Source: Raphidiopsis brookii D9 (GTDB taxonomy: Bacteria > Cyanobacteriota > Cyanobacteriia > Cyanobacteriales > Nostocaceae). From it: 27,888 nucleotides of DNA. Under the pieces are notes generated by a model. It saw nothing but the letters and a program-made list of their open reading frames with translations. It was not told where the DNA came from and ran no database searches. The DNA is taken from contig ACYB01000002.1 in assembly GCA_000175855.1 (NCBI GenBank), forward strand, positions 1 through 27,888. The letters run 5' to 3'. The position numbers and the translations under genes were made by a program. Position 1 is the stretch's first letter, and every line of letters begins with the position of its first letter. This document shows positions 8,776 to 18,129 of this stretch, piece after piece.

Positions 8776-9534
8776 GTGGAAGTAGAAAAGGATCTAACTA
8801 TTAGAAAACAACTGCTAGACGTCATAATCATTAAGAGATATAAAGACAGCGGATTCAATCTCTATCCAGCAGGTTTAGAAAACATGTCTAAACATAACCT
8901 GATCAGCTATAAGTCCATCCATGAATCATTCACGGTTTGGTCACTAATGGAATTAATAGGACACTACGTCAATTATCGGAAACAAACAAGTAAATCCTTG
9001 TCGAATCTGCTACCAGAGAAGGATTACAAACTATATGGATTAACAACCCACGAACCGACCCAACTAATGGGGAAATTAAAATGGAAAAGTGTCAGTCAAG
9101 GGGTTTATGATATAGAATGTGTTGGTATGAACGTTAGACTGATAGTGCTTTCCAAAATACCCAAAAGTGCCAACAATGAGTTGTGGAGACTGTTTAGTGC
9201 GAAAGCAGAAGTGGTAGAAGAAGCGATTAGCCATTATCAAGAAAGTTACCGCAACAGTGAGTATAGTGTACTAATGCAACAACTGTATGAGTTTTACTTA
9301 AAGGAGAAACTGCCAATGACGTATACATTAAAGCAATTTAAAAAAGATTTTGTAATAAGTCACTTGAGAGAGATACCGACTGAAGAGGTATTAAAGCAAT
9401 ATTCTCCAGAAGAGGTGTTAAAGCAATATTCTCTTCAGGACCTCTTAGAAGGACTTTCACCAGAGACTCTGGAGCGCTTGGCAATTATTCTGTCTCAATT
9501 GGGTGTCAACCAAATAAAAAATCAGGAGCAATGA
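8776..9534 (+). CDS. PD-(D/E)XK-fold, Rpn/YhgA-like putative nuclease/transposase-like protein, copy A (5'-truncated relative to copy B)
   Basis: Continuous 252-aa frame, paralogous to copy B. Core is EVEKDLTIRKQLLDVIIIKR...HNLISYKSIHE, an acidic residue followed by a hydrophobic strand and a (S/E)xK-like strand. It lacks the first 34 codons and the upstream region seen in copy B, and begins at a GTG. Confidence 0.5.
   Translation: MEVEKDLTIRKQLLDVIIIKRYKDSGFNLYPAGLENMSKHNLISYKSIHESFTVWSLMELIGHYVNYRKQTSKSLSNLLPEKDYKLYGLTTHEPTQLMGKLKWKSVSQGVYDIECVGMNVRLIVLSKIPKSANNELWRLFSAKAEVVEEAISHYQESYRNSEYSVLMQQLYEFYLKEKLPMTYTLKQFKKDFVISHLREIPTEEVLKQYSPEEVLKQYSLQDLLEGLSPETLERLAIILSQLGVNQIKNQEQ
9382..9435 (+). 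repeat. 2 x 27-bp in-frame tandem repeat (EEVLKQYSP)
   Basis: gaagaggt.ttaaagcaatattctcc. occurs twice. Confidence 0.9.
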
Positions 9535-9922
9535 TATTGGGATGTTAAGATTTTTTCAATCTCTCTTATAAGCTTTTCTGTGTTTAGATAGATGGTTTTT
9601 TGCTGGTATAATTCACCGGGCGATCGCTTAATTACTTAAATTCCCTATCATACAATCTAGTTGTACAAAAGCTAAAACGGGCGTTATTGTATAATCAGTG
9701 CAATGCGATCTCGCAAGTGCGAAGGGAAATTATGAAAGTGGTTAAAAGAGCGCCTCCAATTTAACATAATCAACAAGAGCTGGATCTGGGGATGCTAGAA
9801 TATGGAGTAACCTCATTCAATCGAATTGGTAACAAATTAGTGTAAAAATTTCTGATACCATATTGACATGGGGTAATTAACTCAACCCACACTTAATAAG
9901 AAGATATGCCAATAGTCCAGTC

Positions 9923-10875
9923 ATGGTAAGTAAAAAACCCAAACCTCGGAAAAAAAACTCTTCCCAAAATCCAAATAGAGATTGGCACCGCCTTCTAGGA
10001 ATGTTTATAACCGTCCACTTCTATGGTAGCCCTTATGAGGTGGAAGTAGAAAAGGATCTAACCATCAGAAAACAACTGCTAGACATCATAATCATTAAGA
10101 GATATAAAGACAGCGGATTCAATCTGTATCCAGCAGGTTTAGAAAACATGTCTAAACACAACCTAATCAGCTATAAGTCCATCCATGAATCATTCACGGT
10201 TTGGTCACTAATGGAACTAATAGGACACTATGTCAATTATCGGAAGCAAACAAGTAAATCTTTGTCGAATCTGCTACCAGAGGAGGACTACAAACTTTAT
10301 GGATTAACAACCCACGAACCGACCCAATTAATGGGGAAATTAAAATGGAAAGGTGTCAGTCAAGGGGTTTATGATATAGAATGTGTTGGTATGAACGTTA
10401 GACTGATAGTGCTTTCTAAATACCTAAAAGTGCCAATAATGAGTTGTGGAGACTGTTTAGTGCAAAAGCAGAAGTGGTAGAAGAAGCGATTAGCCATTAT
10501 CAAGAAATTTACCTCAATAGCGAGCATAGCGTGTTAATGCAGCAACTATATGAGTTTTACTTAAAGGAGAAACTACCAATGACATATACATTAGAGCAAT
10601 TTAAAAAAGATTTTGTAATAAATCACTTGAGAGATATACCGACTGAAGAGGTGTTAAAGCAATATTCTCCGGAAGAGATCAAGCAATATTCTCCAAAAGA
10701 TTTGTTAAAGCAATATTCTCCAGAAGAAGTGTTAAAGCAATATTCTCCAAAAGAGGTGTTAAAGCAATATTCTCTTCAGGACCTCTTAGAAGGACTTTCA
10801 CCAGAGACTCTGGAGCGCTTGGCAATTATTCTGTCTCAATTGGGTGTCAACCAAATAAAAAATCAGGAGCAATGA
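9923..10875 (+). pseudogene. PD-(D/E)XK-fold, Rpn/YhgA-like putative nuclease, copy B (full N-terminus but frameshifted)
   Basis: ORFs 9923-10480 and 10444-10875 together match copy A. The break coincides with a 1-nt shorter A run: ctaaat at 10416-10421 versus caaaat at 9153-9158 in copy A. N-terminus is MVSKKPKPRKKNSSQNPNRDWHRLLGMF.... Confidence 0.6.
10645..10776 (+). repeat. 5-unit (27/24/27/27/27 bp) in-frame tandem repeat (EEVLKQYSP variants)
   Basis: Same unit as 9382-9435, expanded from 2 to 5 copies. Confidence 0.9.
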
Positions 10876-11082
10876 TATTGGAATGTTAAGATTTTTTTAA
10901 TCTCTCTTATAAGCTTTTCGGTGTTTAGATAGATGGTTTTTTGCTGGCATAATTCACCGGGCGATCGCTTAATTACTTAATTCTCTACGTATTAAATTTA
11001 ACAGGGGTTAAAAGGGCGATCGCCAGTCACAAGAACCATGATAAAATCCTCAAAGGATTGAACTAATACTCCGGAGTCAGTA

Positions 11083-12498
11083 GTGTTAAGCATCGAAGAA
11101 ATTATTGAAATTGCAGATACACAAGTATTTGAACACCAGGGACAACATCTCAATGATTTACAACGAGTTATCCTCGAGGGAACACTCAACGGTAAGTCCC
11201 ACCTGGATATTGCTCAAGAACAAAACTTGACAGAGGAATATATTAAAGATAGTGCAAATAAATTGTGGCATTATTTGACTCAGTCGATCGGAGAAAAACT
11301 TAACAAGTTTAATATCAGAACAAATTTGGGTAGGTATACTTTTTCGTCAACTAATATTTTGACCATCAACAGTGGTAATGTTTTTCAGAAATCTATGGGG
11401 GATGGTTTTTCGTCAACTAATATTTTGACTATCAATAGTGGTAGAGTTTTTCAAGAATCTCTACCGTCAAAAAAAACCGACCAAATTGAAGATAAAAAAG
11501 ATAGTGTTATCCCTCGCCAAGATTTAACAGAAGCACCTGAGATAGAAGATTTTTATGGAAGGGAAGAGGAATTATCTTTACTGCAAACAAAGATTCTGGA
11601 ACAAAAATGCAGTTTAATTGTCCTGCTGGGAATTAGGGGTATTGGTAAGACTGCTCTAGCTTTGGAACTGATGAACAAAATTAAAGAGAATTTTGACTGG
11701 CTTATTTATAAAAGTCTCTATTCCCAACCTATACTGACAGAATTGATTACAGAAATAATAGGGTTTAACGATGACATTACCGAGAATAATTCCACTTATG
11801 AACTTTCCGATCTAAAAAAATCTTTGGCACAAGAAAGATATTTAATTATCCTGGATGATATTAACTGTGTTTTTAAAAATCAACAATTATCCGGTCAATA
11901 TCAACAGGAATATGAACCATACAGTAATTTATTTAAACTATTATTTAGTGTCAAAAACCAAAGTTGCGTCATTCTTATTAGCAGTGAAAAGATTCCTGAA
12001 TTGTCCGTGTTGACTAATAATAATTATCAGAATGTTTTCCCCTGGGAGTTATCAGGGTTAGGTACTGATGCTGTCAATTTGCTCAAAAAGTATCAACTTA
12101 AATGTCCACAAACATATCAGACATTAATTGATATATATGAAGGTAATCCGCGTTACTTACAAATTATCGGACATCTAATTCAAGATTTATTTGCAGGTGA
12201 CATTAATAAATTTCTGCAACTACAACAACCTTCTATAGATATTGATCTAATGGCATTTTTACGACAAACTTTAGACGGTTTGTCATTATTAGAAACAGAA
12301 ATATTGAAATTCATCGCTAGTCAATCTGGTTCCATACCACTGACTGATATAGAAAATCACTATTATTTTCACCAGGACGTGGTCAATAGCATTCAATCTC
12401 TAAAAAGACGTTATCTTCTTTCTACCCAATTAGTAAATGAACAGGTAATCTTAGAAATTTCACCTGTCATCAAAAAATTCTTGTCACCAGAGAATTGA
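11083..12498 (+). CDS. STAND-class P-loop NTPase (NB-ARC-like) with an N-terminal HTH domain and no C-terminal repeat sensor
   Basis: GTG start. The N-terminal block LNDLQRVILEGTLNGKSHLDIAQEQNLTEEYIKDSANKLWHYLTQSIGEKLNKFNIRTNL matches the sigma-70-region-4/LuxR-like HTH found at the N-terminus of many cyanobacterial NACHT/NB-ARC proteins. Walker A is LLGIRGIGKTALALE and Walker B is YLIILDDIN. The protein ends after a winged-helix-like region, with no WD40 or TPR repeats. Confidence 0.75.
   Translation: MLSIEEIIEIADTQVFEHQGQHLNDLQRVILEGTLNGKSHLDIAQEQNLTEEYIKDSANKLWHYLTQSIGEKLNKFNIRTNLGRYTFSSTNILTINSGNVFQKSMGDGFSSTNILTINSGRVFQESLPSKKTDQIEDKKDSVIPRQDLTEAPEIEDFYGREEELSLLQTKILEQKCSLIVLLGIRGIGKTALALELMNKIKENFDWLIYKSLYSQPILTELITEIIGFNDDITENNSTYELSDLKKSLAQERYLIILDDINCVFKNQQLSGQYQQEYEPYSNLFKLLFSVKNQSCVILISSEKIPELSVLTNNNYQNVFPWELSGLGTDAVNLLKKYQLKCPQTYQTLIDIYEGNPRYLQIIGHLIQDLFAGDINKFLQLQQPSIDIDLMAFLRQTLDGLSLLETEILKFIASQSGSIPLTDIENHYYFHQDVVNSIQSLKRRYLLSTQLVNEQVILEISPVIKKFLSPEN
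11340..11460 (+). repeat. About 2 x 66-bp in-frame tandem duplication (FSSTNILTINSG.VFQ.S)
   Basis: tttttcgtcaactaatattttgac.atcaa.agtggta..gtttttca.gaatct occurs at 11340 and again at 11406. Confidence 0.9.
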
Positions 12499-12542
12499 TG
12501 GTTTTCTTTTGCTGATGATTAATCCAATTTGTATTGCAGCAA

Positions 12543-15311
12543 TTATAGATAGATTTCCGCTTTCAAGATAGTCCCATCCTCAGTTGGCAAAATCTCAAAA
12601 CCTAAGTTTTTACACACCTTCTGCATGGCTATATTTTCCGCCAGAATCTCCGCAAAAATCACGGATATTTTCTCATTCTTGGCTATTTCCATTAATCTTG
12701 TGAGAATTTCTGTACCTAACCCGTTGCGCTGGTAACCATCAGTGACCAACATAGCAAATTCCGCACTATTACTACCATGTAGTTTAGTTAATCTTCCTAC
12801 CGCTAAAATTTGCTTCTGTTGAGTATGTGGATCTTCCTGTTCAGCAATTAAGGCCATTTCTCGGTCATAATCAATAAAACAAATCCTAGTCAGTCTTTCA
12901 TGGGCAATTCTTTGACTTAGTTTGATCAGATGAAAATAACGAAAATAAATAGCTTCTTCCGATAATGTTTGGTGAAATTTAACCATCAATGGTTCATCTT
13001 CAGGACGAATAGGACGAATAATCACCTCCGTGCCATTTTTTAAGCTCCAATTAGCGACGTATTGATGGGGATAGGGACGAATGGCTAATTTAGGTAATTG
13101 CTCCTCTTGTACCTCAGCTGGATGTAATACTATTCTTCCATCTAATGCAATTAAACCACCTGGATGATCGGGTGTGGGGGGAATTGCTAATAAAGGATTA
13201 ATATCTATTTCTTTAATCCACGGTTGTTCTACTACCAAATGACTAAAGACTACTAACAGTTCCTCCAAAGCTTGCATATCAATACTTTGTCTACCCCTGA
13301 CCCCCCTTAAAGCTTGATAAATTTTAGTCTGCTCCATCATCCGACGTGCTAGGGTGGTATTTAGGGGTGGTAGAGCAATAGAACTATCTTGAAAGACTTC
13401 TACCAATTGTCCTCCAGTGCCAAATAATAATACTGGACCAAATTGGGGATCCAAGCTACTACCAATAATTAATTCATAGCCATTGGTTTTGACCATGGGT
13501 TGTACGGTTACACCTAAAAAATCCTCTGGTCTCGTTTTTTCTAAAACTGAGGTCTCTATAAAATGATAGGCTTTTTTTACTGATTCAGCATTTCTTAAAT
13601 TTAACTGAACTCCCCCCACATCTGTTTTATGGGTAATTGTATGGGAATACAATTTTAATACTACAGGATAGCCAATTTTTTCTGCCCATTCTACCGCTTC
13701 TTCCGGACTTTGGGCAATGCTTCCTCCTACTACTGGAATGCCATAAGCTGCTAAAATTTCCTTGGATTCAAATTCAGTTAAAATTGTTCTTCCCGCTTTC
13801 CTAGCTTCTGCAATCAGAGTTGTCACTAAACCACAATTGCGAGTATTACTATCACATTCCAAGGCGGGTAATACAGGAGTTTCATAAATCCCCTTTAAGT
13901 TATAACTATAACGCCACATATAACTAAATATCCTAGCAGCAGTATCAGGATAGGAATATGTAGGAATCCCCTCAAGGTTGAGAATTTTTTTCCCTTCTGC
14001 AATATCATCTCCACCCATCCAACTGGCTAAAATAGGTTTGCCCTGCATTTGAGAATAGGGCTTTAATTCCTGGGCAATCCTGGTGGGATCAGTCATAGCT
14101 TGAGGCGTCAAAATTACTAATAAACCATCACTATTGCTATCCTCACTGGCAATCTGTAAGGCTTTTGTATAACGTTGTGGATCCGCATCTCCCAAAATAT
14201 CTATGGGGTTATTATGACTCCATTGTGGAGGTAATATATGATTTAAATTTTCCATAGTTTGGGGAGAAATTACTGCTAATTCTCCTCCACTTTCTATCAA
14301 TGAGTCCGTCGCTAATACTCCCGGTCCACCCGCATTGGTCAGAATGGTTAATCTAGGACCTTGAGGACAAGGTTGTTTTGCTAATACTTCTGACATATCA
14401 AATAAATCAGAAATACTATTAACTCTTAATACTCCACATCTTTTAAATGCTGCATCCAAAACCGCATCACTTCCTGCTAATGACCCCGTATGGGAAGCTG
14501 CTGCTTTTGCTGCTGCTGCTGTACGACCTGCTTTAATTACTATAATTGGTTTGGTTAATGTTACTTCCCGTGCTGCTGATAAAAAAGAACGAGCATTACC
14601 AATTGATTCCATATAAATAACTATACTTTTAGTGTGGGGATCGTCTCCTAGATAATAAATTAAGTCTCCCCAACTAATATCCAACATTGAACCTAGGGAA
14701 ACAAAGGCGCTAAAACCTACATTTTCCTGTAAACTCCAGTCCAAAATTGATGTGCATAATGCACCACTTTGACTCAGGAAACCCACACTCCCTGGTTGGG
14801 CTATTTTACTAGCAAAGGTAGCGTTTAAACCAGAAATGGGGTTCATCATCCCTAAACAGTTTGGTCCAATAATTCTGATCTTTCCTCCCTGTGCTACAGA
14901 TAATATTTCTTTCTCTAAAGCAATTCCTTTTTCACCTGCTTCCTTAAAACCAGCAGAAATAATAATTGCTCCTTTGATTCCAACTTGCACACAGTCGGCA
15001 ATAATTTTTGGCACTGTGGGTGCAGGAGTAGCAATTACAGCTAGGTCAATTTTTTCCGAAATATCAAAAATTGTTGGATAGGCTTTTATACCCAGTACAC
15101 TATGACGATGGGGATTAATCGGGAAAACTGTACCATTGAAGGGATTGGTAATTAAATTCCATAGCAAAGTTCGACCCACACTCCCAGGTTTTTCACTTGC
15201 ACCAATAACTGCTACGGTTTGAGGTGCAAAAATCCTGTCTAGTGCACTAGTTTTTTCAGTACGCAATATATCAGATGCTTTATCTAATCTCAAGGGGATA
15301 GATGCTTCCAT
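12543..15311 (-). CDS. ADP-forming acetyl-CoA synthetase-family protein fused to a C-terminal GNAT acetyltransferase (Pat/YfiQ-like architecture)
   Basis: CoA-binding N-terminus [15 protein letters not shown], succinyl-CoA-synthetase-like SHTGSLAG, an ATP-grasp region, and a C-terminal GNAT ([10 protein letters not shown]). I prefer the ATG at 15309-15311 (MEASIPL...), which is preceded by AAGGAG at 15317-15322. The 77 upstream in-frame codons belong to the protease relic. Confidence 0.85.
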   Translation of the reverse strand: MEASIPLRLDKASDILRTEKTSALDRIFAPQTVAVIGASEKPGSVGRTLLWNLITNPFNGTVFPINPHRHSVLGIKAYPTIFDISEKIDLAVIATPAPTVPKIIADCVQVGIKGAIIISAGFKEAGEKGIALEKEILSVAQGGKIRIIGPNCLGMMNPISGLNATFASKIAQPGSVGFLSQSGALCTSILDWSLQENVGFSAFVSLGSMLDISWGDLIYYLGDDPHTKSIVIYMESIGNARSFLSAAREVTLTKPIIVIKAGRTAAAAKAAASHTGSLAGSDAVLDAAFKRCGVLRVNSISDLFDMSEVLAKQPCPQGPRLTILTNAGGPGVLATDSLIESGGELAVISPQTMENLNHILPPQWSHNNPIDILGDADPQRYTKALQIASEDSNSDGLLVILTPQAMTDPTRIAQELKPYSQMQGKPILASWMGGDDIAEGKKILNLEGIPTYSYPDTAARIFSYMWRYSYNLKGIYETPVLPALECDSNTRNCGLVTTLIAEARKAGRTILTEFESKEILAAYGIPVVGGSIAQSPEEAVEWAEKIGYPVVLKLYSHTITHKTDVGGVQLNLRNAESVKKAYHFIETSVLEKTRPEDFLGVTVQPMVKTNGYELIIGSSLDPQFGPVLLFGTGGQLVEVFQDSSIALPPLNTTLARRMMEQTKIYQALRGVRGRQSIDMQALEELLVVFSHLVVEQPWIKEIDINPLLAIPPTPDHPGGLIALDGRIVLHPAEVQEEQLPKLAIRPYPHQYVANWSLKNGTEVIIRPIRPEDEPLMVKFHQTLSEEAIYFRYFHLIKLSQRIAHERLTRICFIDYDREMALIAEQEDPHTQQKQILAVGRLTKLHGSNSAEFAMLVTDGYQRNGLGTEILTRLMEIAKNEKISVIFAEILAENIAMQKVCKNLGFEILPTEDGTILKAEIYL

Positions 15312-15751
15312 GACTGCTCCTTTTAGTTTTTGACTGATTTTATTGAGGGCCATACCTATGGATTTTTTTCCCAGGGGTGAAATAGGGTCACCCAATTGAA
15401 ATTTTTCCCCTGGGACTATGACTAACCACGCGGAAGGAGAATTACCATAGAGAAATTGAGATAAAGTTAGTAGAGATTGTGGATCACTGCTATGGGTGTG
15501 ACTGGAATTCAGTGGTAATGGCAATAGTAATTGTACTTGCACCTGATTATATAGGAATTAATACAAGTGTCTACAAAAATTGCTAATCGAGAATTGGCTA
15601 TGGGTTCAGCTAGTTCGGGTGTTAACTGGTGAACTGCAAGTGATTGGACGCATGGTAAACGCCACCTTTGTATCACTTTAGCTATTAGTGGTCCTATTCC
15701 GTCATCACCAAATAATTCATTACCATAACCAATGACTATTGCAGTTCCCAT
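15312..15751 (-). pseudogene. Hydrogenase maturation endopeptidase (HoxW/HupW-type), frameshifted and without its own stop codon
   Basis: The N-terminal half is in ORF 15509-15751 (MGTAIVIGYGNELFGDDGIGPLIA...VHQLTPELAEPIA...IFVDTC). The C-terminal half ([36 protein letters not shown]) is in a different frame and runs straight into the downstream gene. Confidence 0.7.
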
Positions 15752-15785
15752 AGTTTTTACCTTTTTTGATTAGAGTTGTTGCAGG

Positions 15786-18089
15786 TTAAATGCTTTTGTG
15801 GAAAGTCCGTTGAATCACATCTAATTGCTGTTCGCGAGTTAACTTAATGAAATTCACAGCATATCCGGAAACACGAATTGTCAGTTGAGGATATTTTTCT
15901 GGATGTTCCATAGCATCAACAAGTATATCTTGGTCTAGAACATTTACATTGATATGATGACCACCATTATAGAAGTAAGCATCCAACATTCCGCGCAGAT
16001 TATTAATTTTGTCTTGGGAATTTTTACCTAAAGCATTGGGAACAATAGAAAAAGTGTAGGAAATTCCATCTTGAGCATGTTCATAAGGAAGTTTGGCTAC
16101 CGATTCTAAAGATGCGATCGCTCCTTTTGTATCTCTACCATGTAGAGGATTTGCTCCGGGAGCAAAGGGTTCTCCAGCTTTTCTCCCATCGGGGGTGTTA
16201 CCGGTAATTTTGCCATAAACCACATTGGAGGTAATTGTTAAAATTGATTGGGTTGGTACTGCTTGACGATAGGTTTTTTGTTGACGCAGTTTATCCATAA
16301 AACTCTGAACAAGATTGACAGCTATTTGGTCAACTTGATGGTCATTATTACCAAACTGAGGATAATCCCCCTCAATTTCATAATCTATAGCTAACCCTTT
16401 GTCATCTCGAATTACCTTGACTTTGGCATATTTAATTGCTGAAAGGGAATCTACTACTACGGATAAGCCAGCAATTCCACAAGCCAAGGTTCGATAAACA
16501 TCACAATCATGTAACGCCATTTCTAAACGTTCATAACAGTATTTATCGTGCATATAATGAATCACGTTCAGGGTATTTACATATAATCTGGCCAACCAGT
16601 TCATAATTTTGTCAAACTTATCTACTACTTCCGAGTAATCTAAATATTCTGAAGTAATGGCATCAAAACCTGCAACGACTAACTGCCCAGTTTTTTCATC
16701 TTTACCACCATTAATAGCATATAACAAAGCCTTGGCTAGGTTGGCACGGGCTCCAAAAAATTGCATTTGTTTACCAATTTTCATGGCAGAAACACAACAA
16801 GCAATGCCATAATCATCCCCATATTCTGGGCGCATTAGATCATCATTTTCGTATTGAATGGAACTGCTATTAATAGATACCTTGGTGCAAAAATGTTTAA
16901 AGTTAATCGGCAAATTCTGTGACCACAAAATAGTTAAATTTGGTTCTGGTGCAGTCCCTAAATTATATAAAGTGTGGAGAAATCGGAAACTACTTTTTGT
17001 CACCAAAGTCCTACCATCTTCACTCATTCCGCCAATACATTCTGTTACCCAGGTGGGATCACCGGAGAATAATTGATTATATTCGGGCGCTCTTAAAAAC
17101 CTTACCATCCGGAGTTTAATCACAAAATGATCGATGATTTCCTGAACTTGAGATTCTGTCAAGATGCCATTTTTTAAATCGCGCTGAAAGTAGATATCTA
17201 GAAATGTAGAAACTCTACCCAAAGACATAGCTGCACCATTTTGTTCTTTAACAGCACCCAAATAACCAAAGTATGTCCACTGTACAGCTTCCTTGGCAGT
17301 AGCAGCAGGCAAACTAATATCAAAGCCGTAGTTAGCAGCCATGATTTTAAGTTCTGTTAATGCTCGAATTTGCTCAACAAGTTCCTCATGTAGTCTAATT
17401 GTAGACTCCAGCATATCATTTGACTCTAATGAGGCCAACTGTTCTTTCTTATCCAGAATTAACCGATCAACTCCATACAATGCTACCCGACGATAATCAC
17501 CAATAATTCTTCCTCTTCCATAAGCATCTGGCAATCCAGTAATAATCCCAGAGTGTCTAGCCAATTTCATTTCTTGGGTGTAACCGTCAAAAACACCATC
17601 ATTATGGGTTTTACGATATTTTGTGAATGTTTCTTCCGTTTGAGCTTCCAGGTGATAACCATAGGATTGTAAGGAGTTTTTACTACCCGAATACCACCAA
17701 AAGGCATAATTGCTCGTTTTAGGGGTTTTTTCGGTTTGTAACCCCACAATCTGCTCTAGATCGGAATCAATATAACCGGGAGCATGGGAAACAATATTTG
17801 ATGGCACTTTAGTATCAGCATCTAAAATTCCTTTTTCCCGCTCTAATTTCATCAAATCACAGACCATAGTCCATAATTTCTGAGTGCGTTCAGTTGGACC
17901 AGCTAAAAAGCTATCATCTCCTGTATAGGGTTGATAATTGCCTTGAATAAAATCCCGGACATTAATTTGTTCATTCCATTTACCACCACAAAAACCTTGC
18001 CACTGTGGATGTAAATTACTATCAGATATACCAGATATATTTTGGGTTGAATGTTCTACATTTGCTATCATAATTATCTCCAATGTCAT
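15786..18089 (-). CDS. pflB: Pyruvate formate-lyase (formate C-acetyltransferase); the ORF is intact but holds an internal out-of-frame patch
   Basis: Collinear with E. coli PflB as I recall it: [43 protein letters not shown], active-site IACCVSAM, glycyl-radical motif TIRVSGYAV. See the finding on 17677-17731. Confidence 0.9.
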   Translation of the reverse strand: MTLEIIMIANVEHSTQNISGISDSNLHPQWQGFCGGKWNEQINVRDFIQGNYQPYTGDDSFLAGPTERTQKLWTMVCDLMKLEREKGILDADTKVPSNIVSHAPGYIDSDLEQIVGLQTEKTPKTSNYAFWWYSGSKNSLQSYGYHLEAQTEETFTKYRKTHNDGVFDGYTQEMKLARHSGIITGLPDAYGRGRIIGDYRRVALYGVDRLILDKKEQLASLESNDMLESTIRLHEELVEQIRALTELKIMAANYGFDISLPAATAKEAVQWTYFGYLGAVKEQNGAAMSLGRVSTFLDIYFQRDLKNGILTESQVQEIIDHFVIKLRMVRFLRAPEYNQLFSGDPTWVTECIGGMSEDGRTLVTKSSFRFLHTLYNLGTAPEPNLTILWSQNLPINFKHFCTKVSINSSSIQYENDDLMRPEYGDDYGIACCVSAMKIGKQMQFFGARANLAKALLYAINGGKDEKTGQLVVAGFDAITSEYLDYSEVVDKFDKIMNWLARLYVNTLNVIHYMHDKYCYERLEMALHDCDVYRTLACGIAGLSVVVDSLSAIKYAKVKVIRDDKGLAIDYEIEGDYPQFGNNDHQVDQIAVNLVQSFMDKLRQQKTYRQAVPTQSILTITSNVVYGKITGNTPDGRKAGEPFAPGANPLHGRDTKGAIASLESVAKLPYEHAQDGISYTFSIVPNALGKNSQDKINNLRGMLDAYFYNGGHHINVNVLDQDILVDAMEHPEKYPQLTIRVSGYAVNFIKLTREQQLDVIQRTFHKSI

Positions 18090-18129
18090 CTAATTCAATT
18101 CTCACATATCCCCCATTTCCCTTCCTTGT

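Larger units (their letters stand above)
8700..9650 (+). repeat. Copy A of a tandemly duplicated segment of about 1.0-1.2 kb
   Basis: Near-identical to 9760-10990, apart from a 207-bp segment present only in copy B (9818-10024) and a different number of 27-bp repeats. The shared 3' flank includes ...ggttttttgctgg.ataattcaccgggcgatcgcttaattactta. Confidence 0.9.
9760..10990 (+). repeat. Copy B of the tandemly duplicated segment
   Basis: See copy A. It contains the extra 5' segment 9818-10024 and 5 repeat units. Confidence 0.9.

Noticed and set aside
9660-9765. Perfect TATAAT at about 9708 followed by a 10-codon ORF (MKVVKRAPPI) between the two duplicated units
   Set aside because: No acceptable -35 element at 16-18 bp spacing. 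A 10-aa ORF is not supportable. It is probably chance in AT-rich DNA.
8700-10990. The duplicated unit as an IS or MITE
   Set aside because: I could find no terminal inverted repeats or target-site duplications at the unit ends, and no DDE or serine/tyrosine recombinase motifs. It is better described as a tandem segmental duplication.
10998-11189. ORF 10998-11189 (-)
   Set aside because: It is antisense to the 5' end of the STAND gene, and its HTH domain reading on the + strand is convincing.
12499-12542. Possible bidirectional terminator between the convergent STAND and ACD/GNAT genes
   Set aside because: Only a weak 6-bp stem (ttgctg/cagcaa) with a loop of about 22 nt and no U tract.
15312-15542. 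The 999-aa reading of ORF 12543-15542 as one protein
   Set aside because: The first 77 codons are the displaced C-terminal half of the hydrogenase protease. The ACD/GNAT gene has its own SD and ATG at 15311.
17567-17749. ORF 17567-17749 (-) as an independent gene
   Set aside because: It is the authentic pflB reading frame across the out-of-frame patch ([16 protein letters not shown]), not a separate gene.
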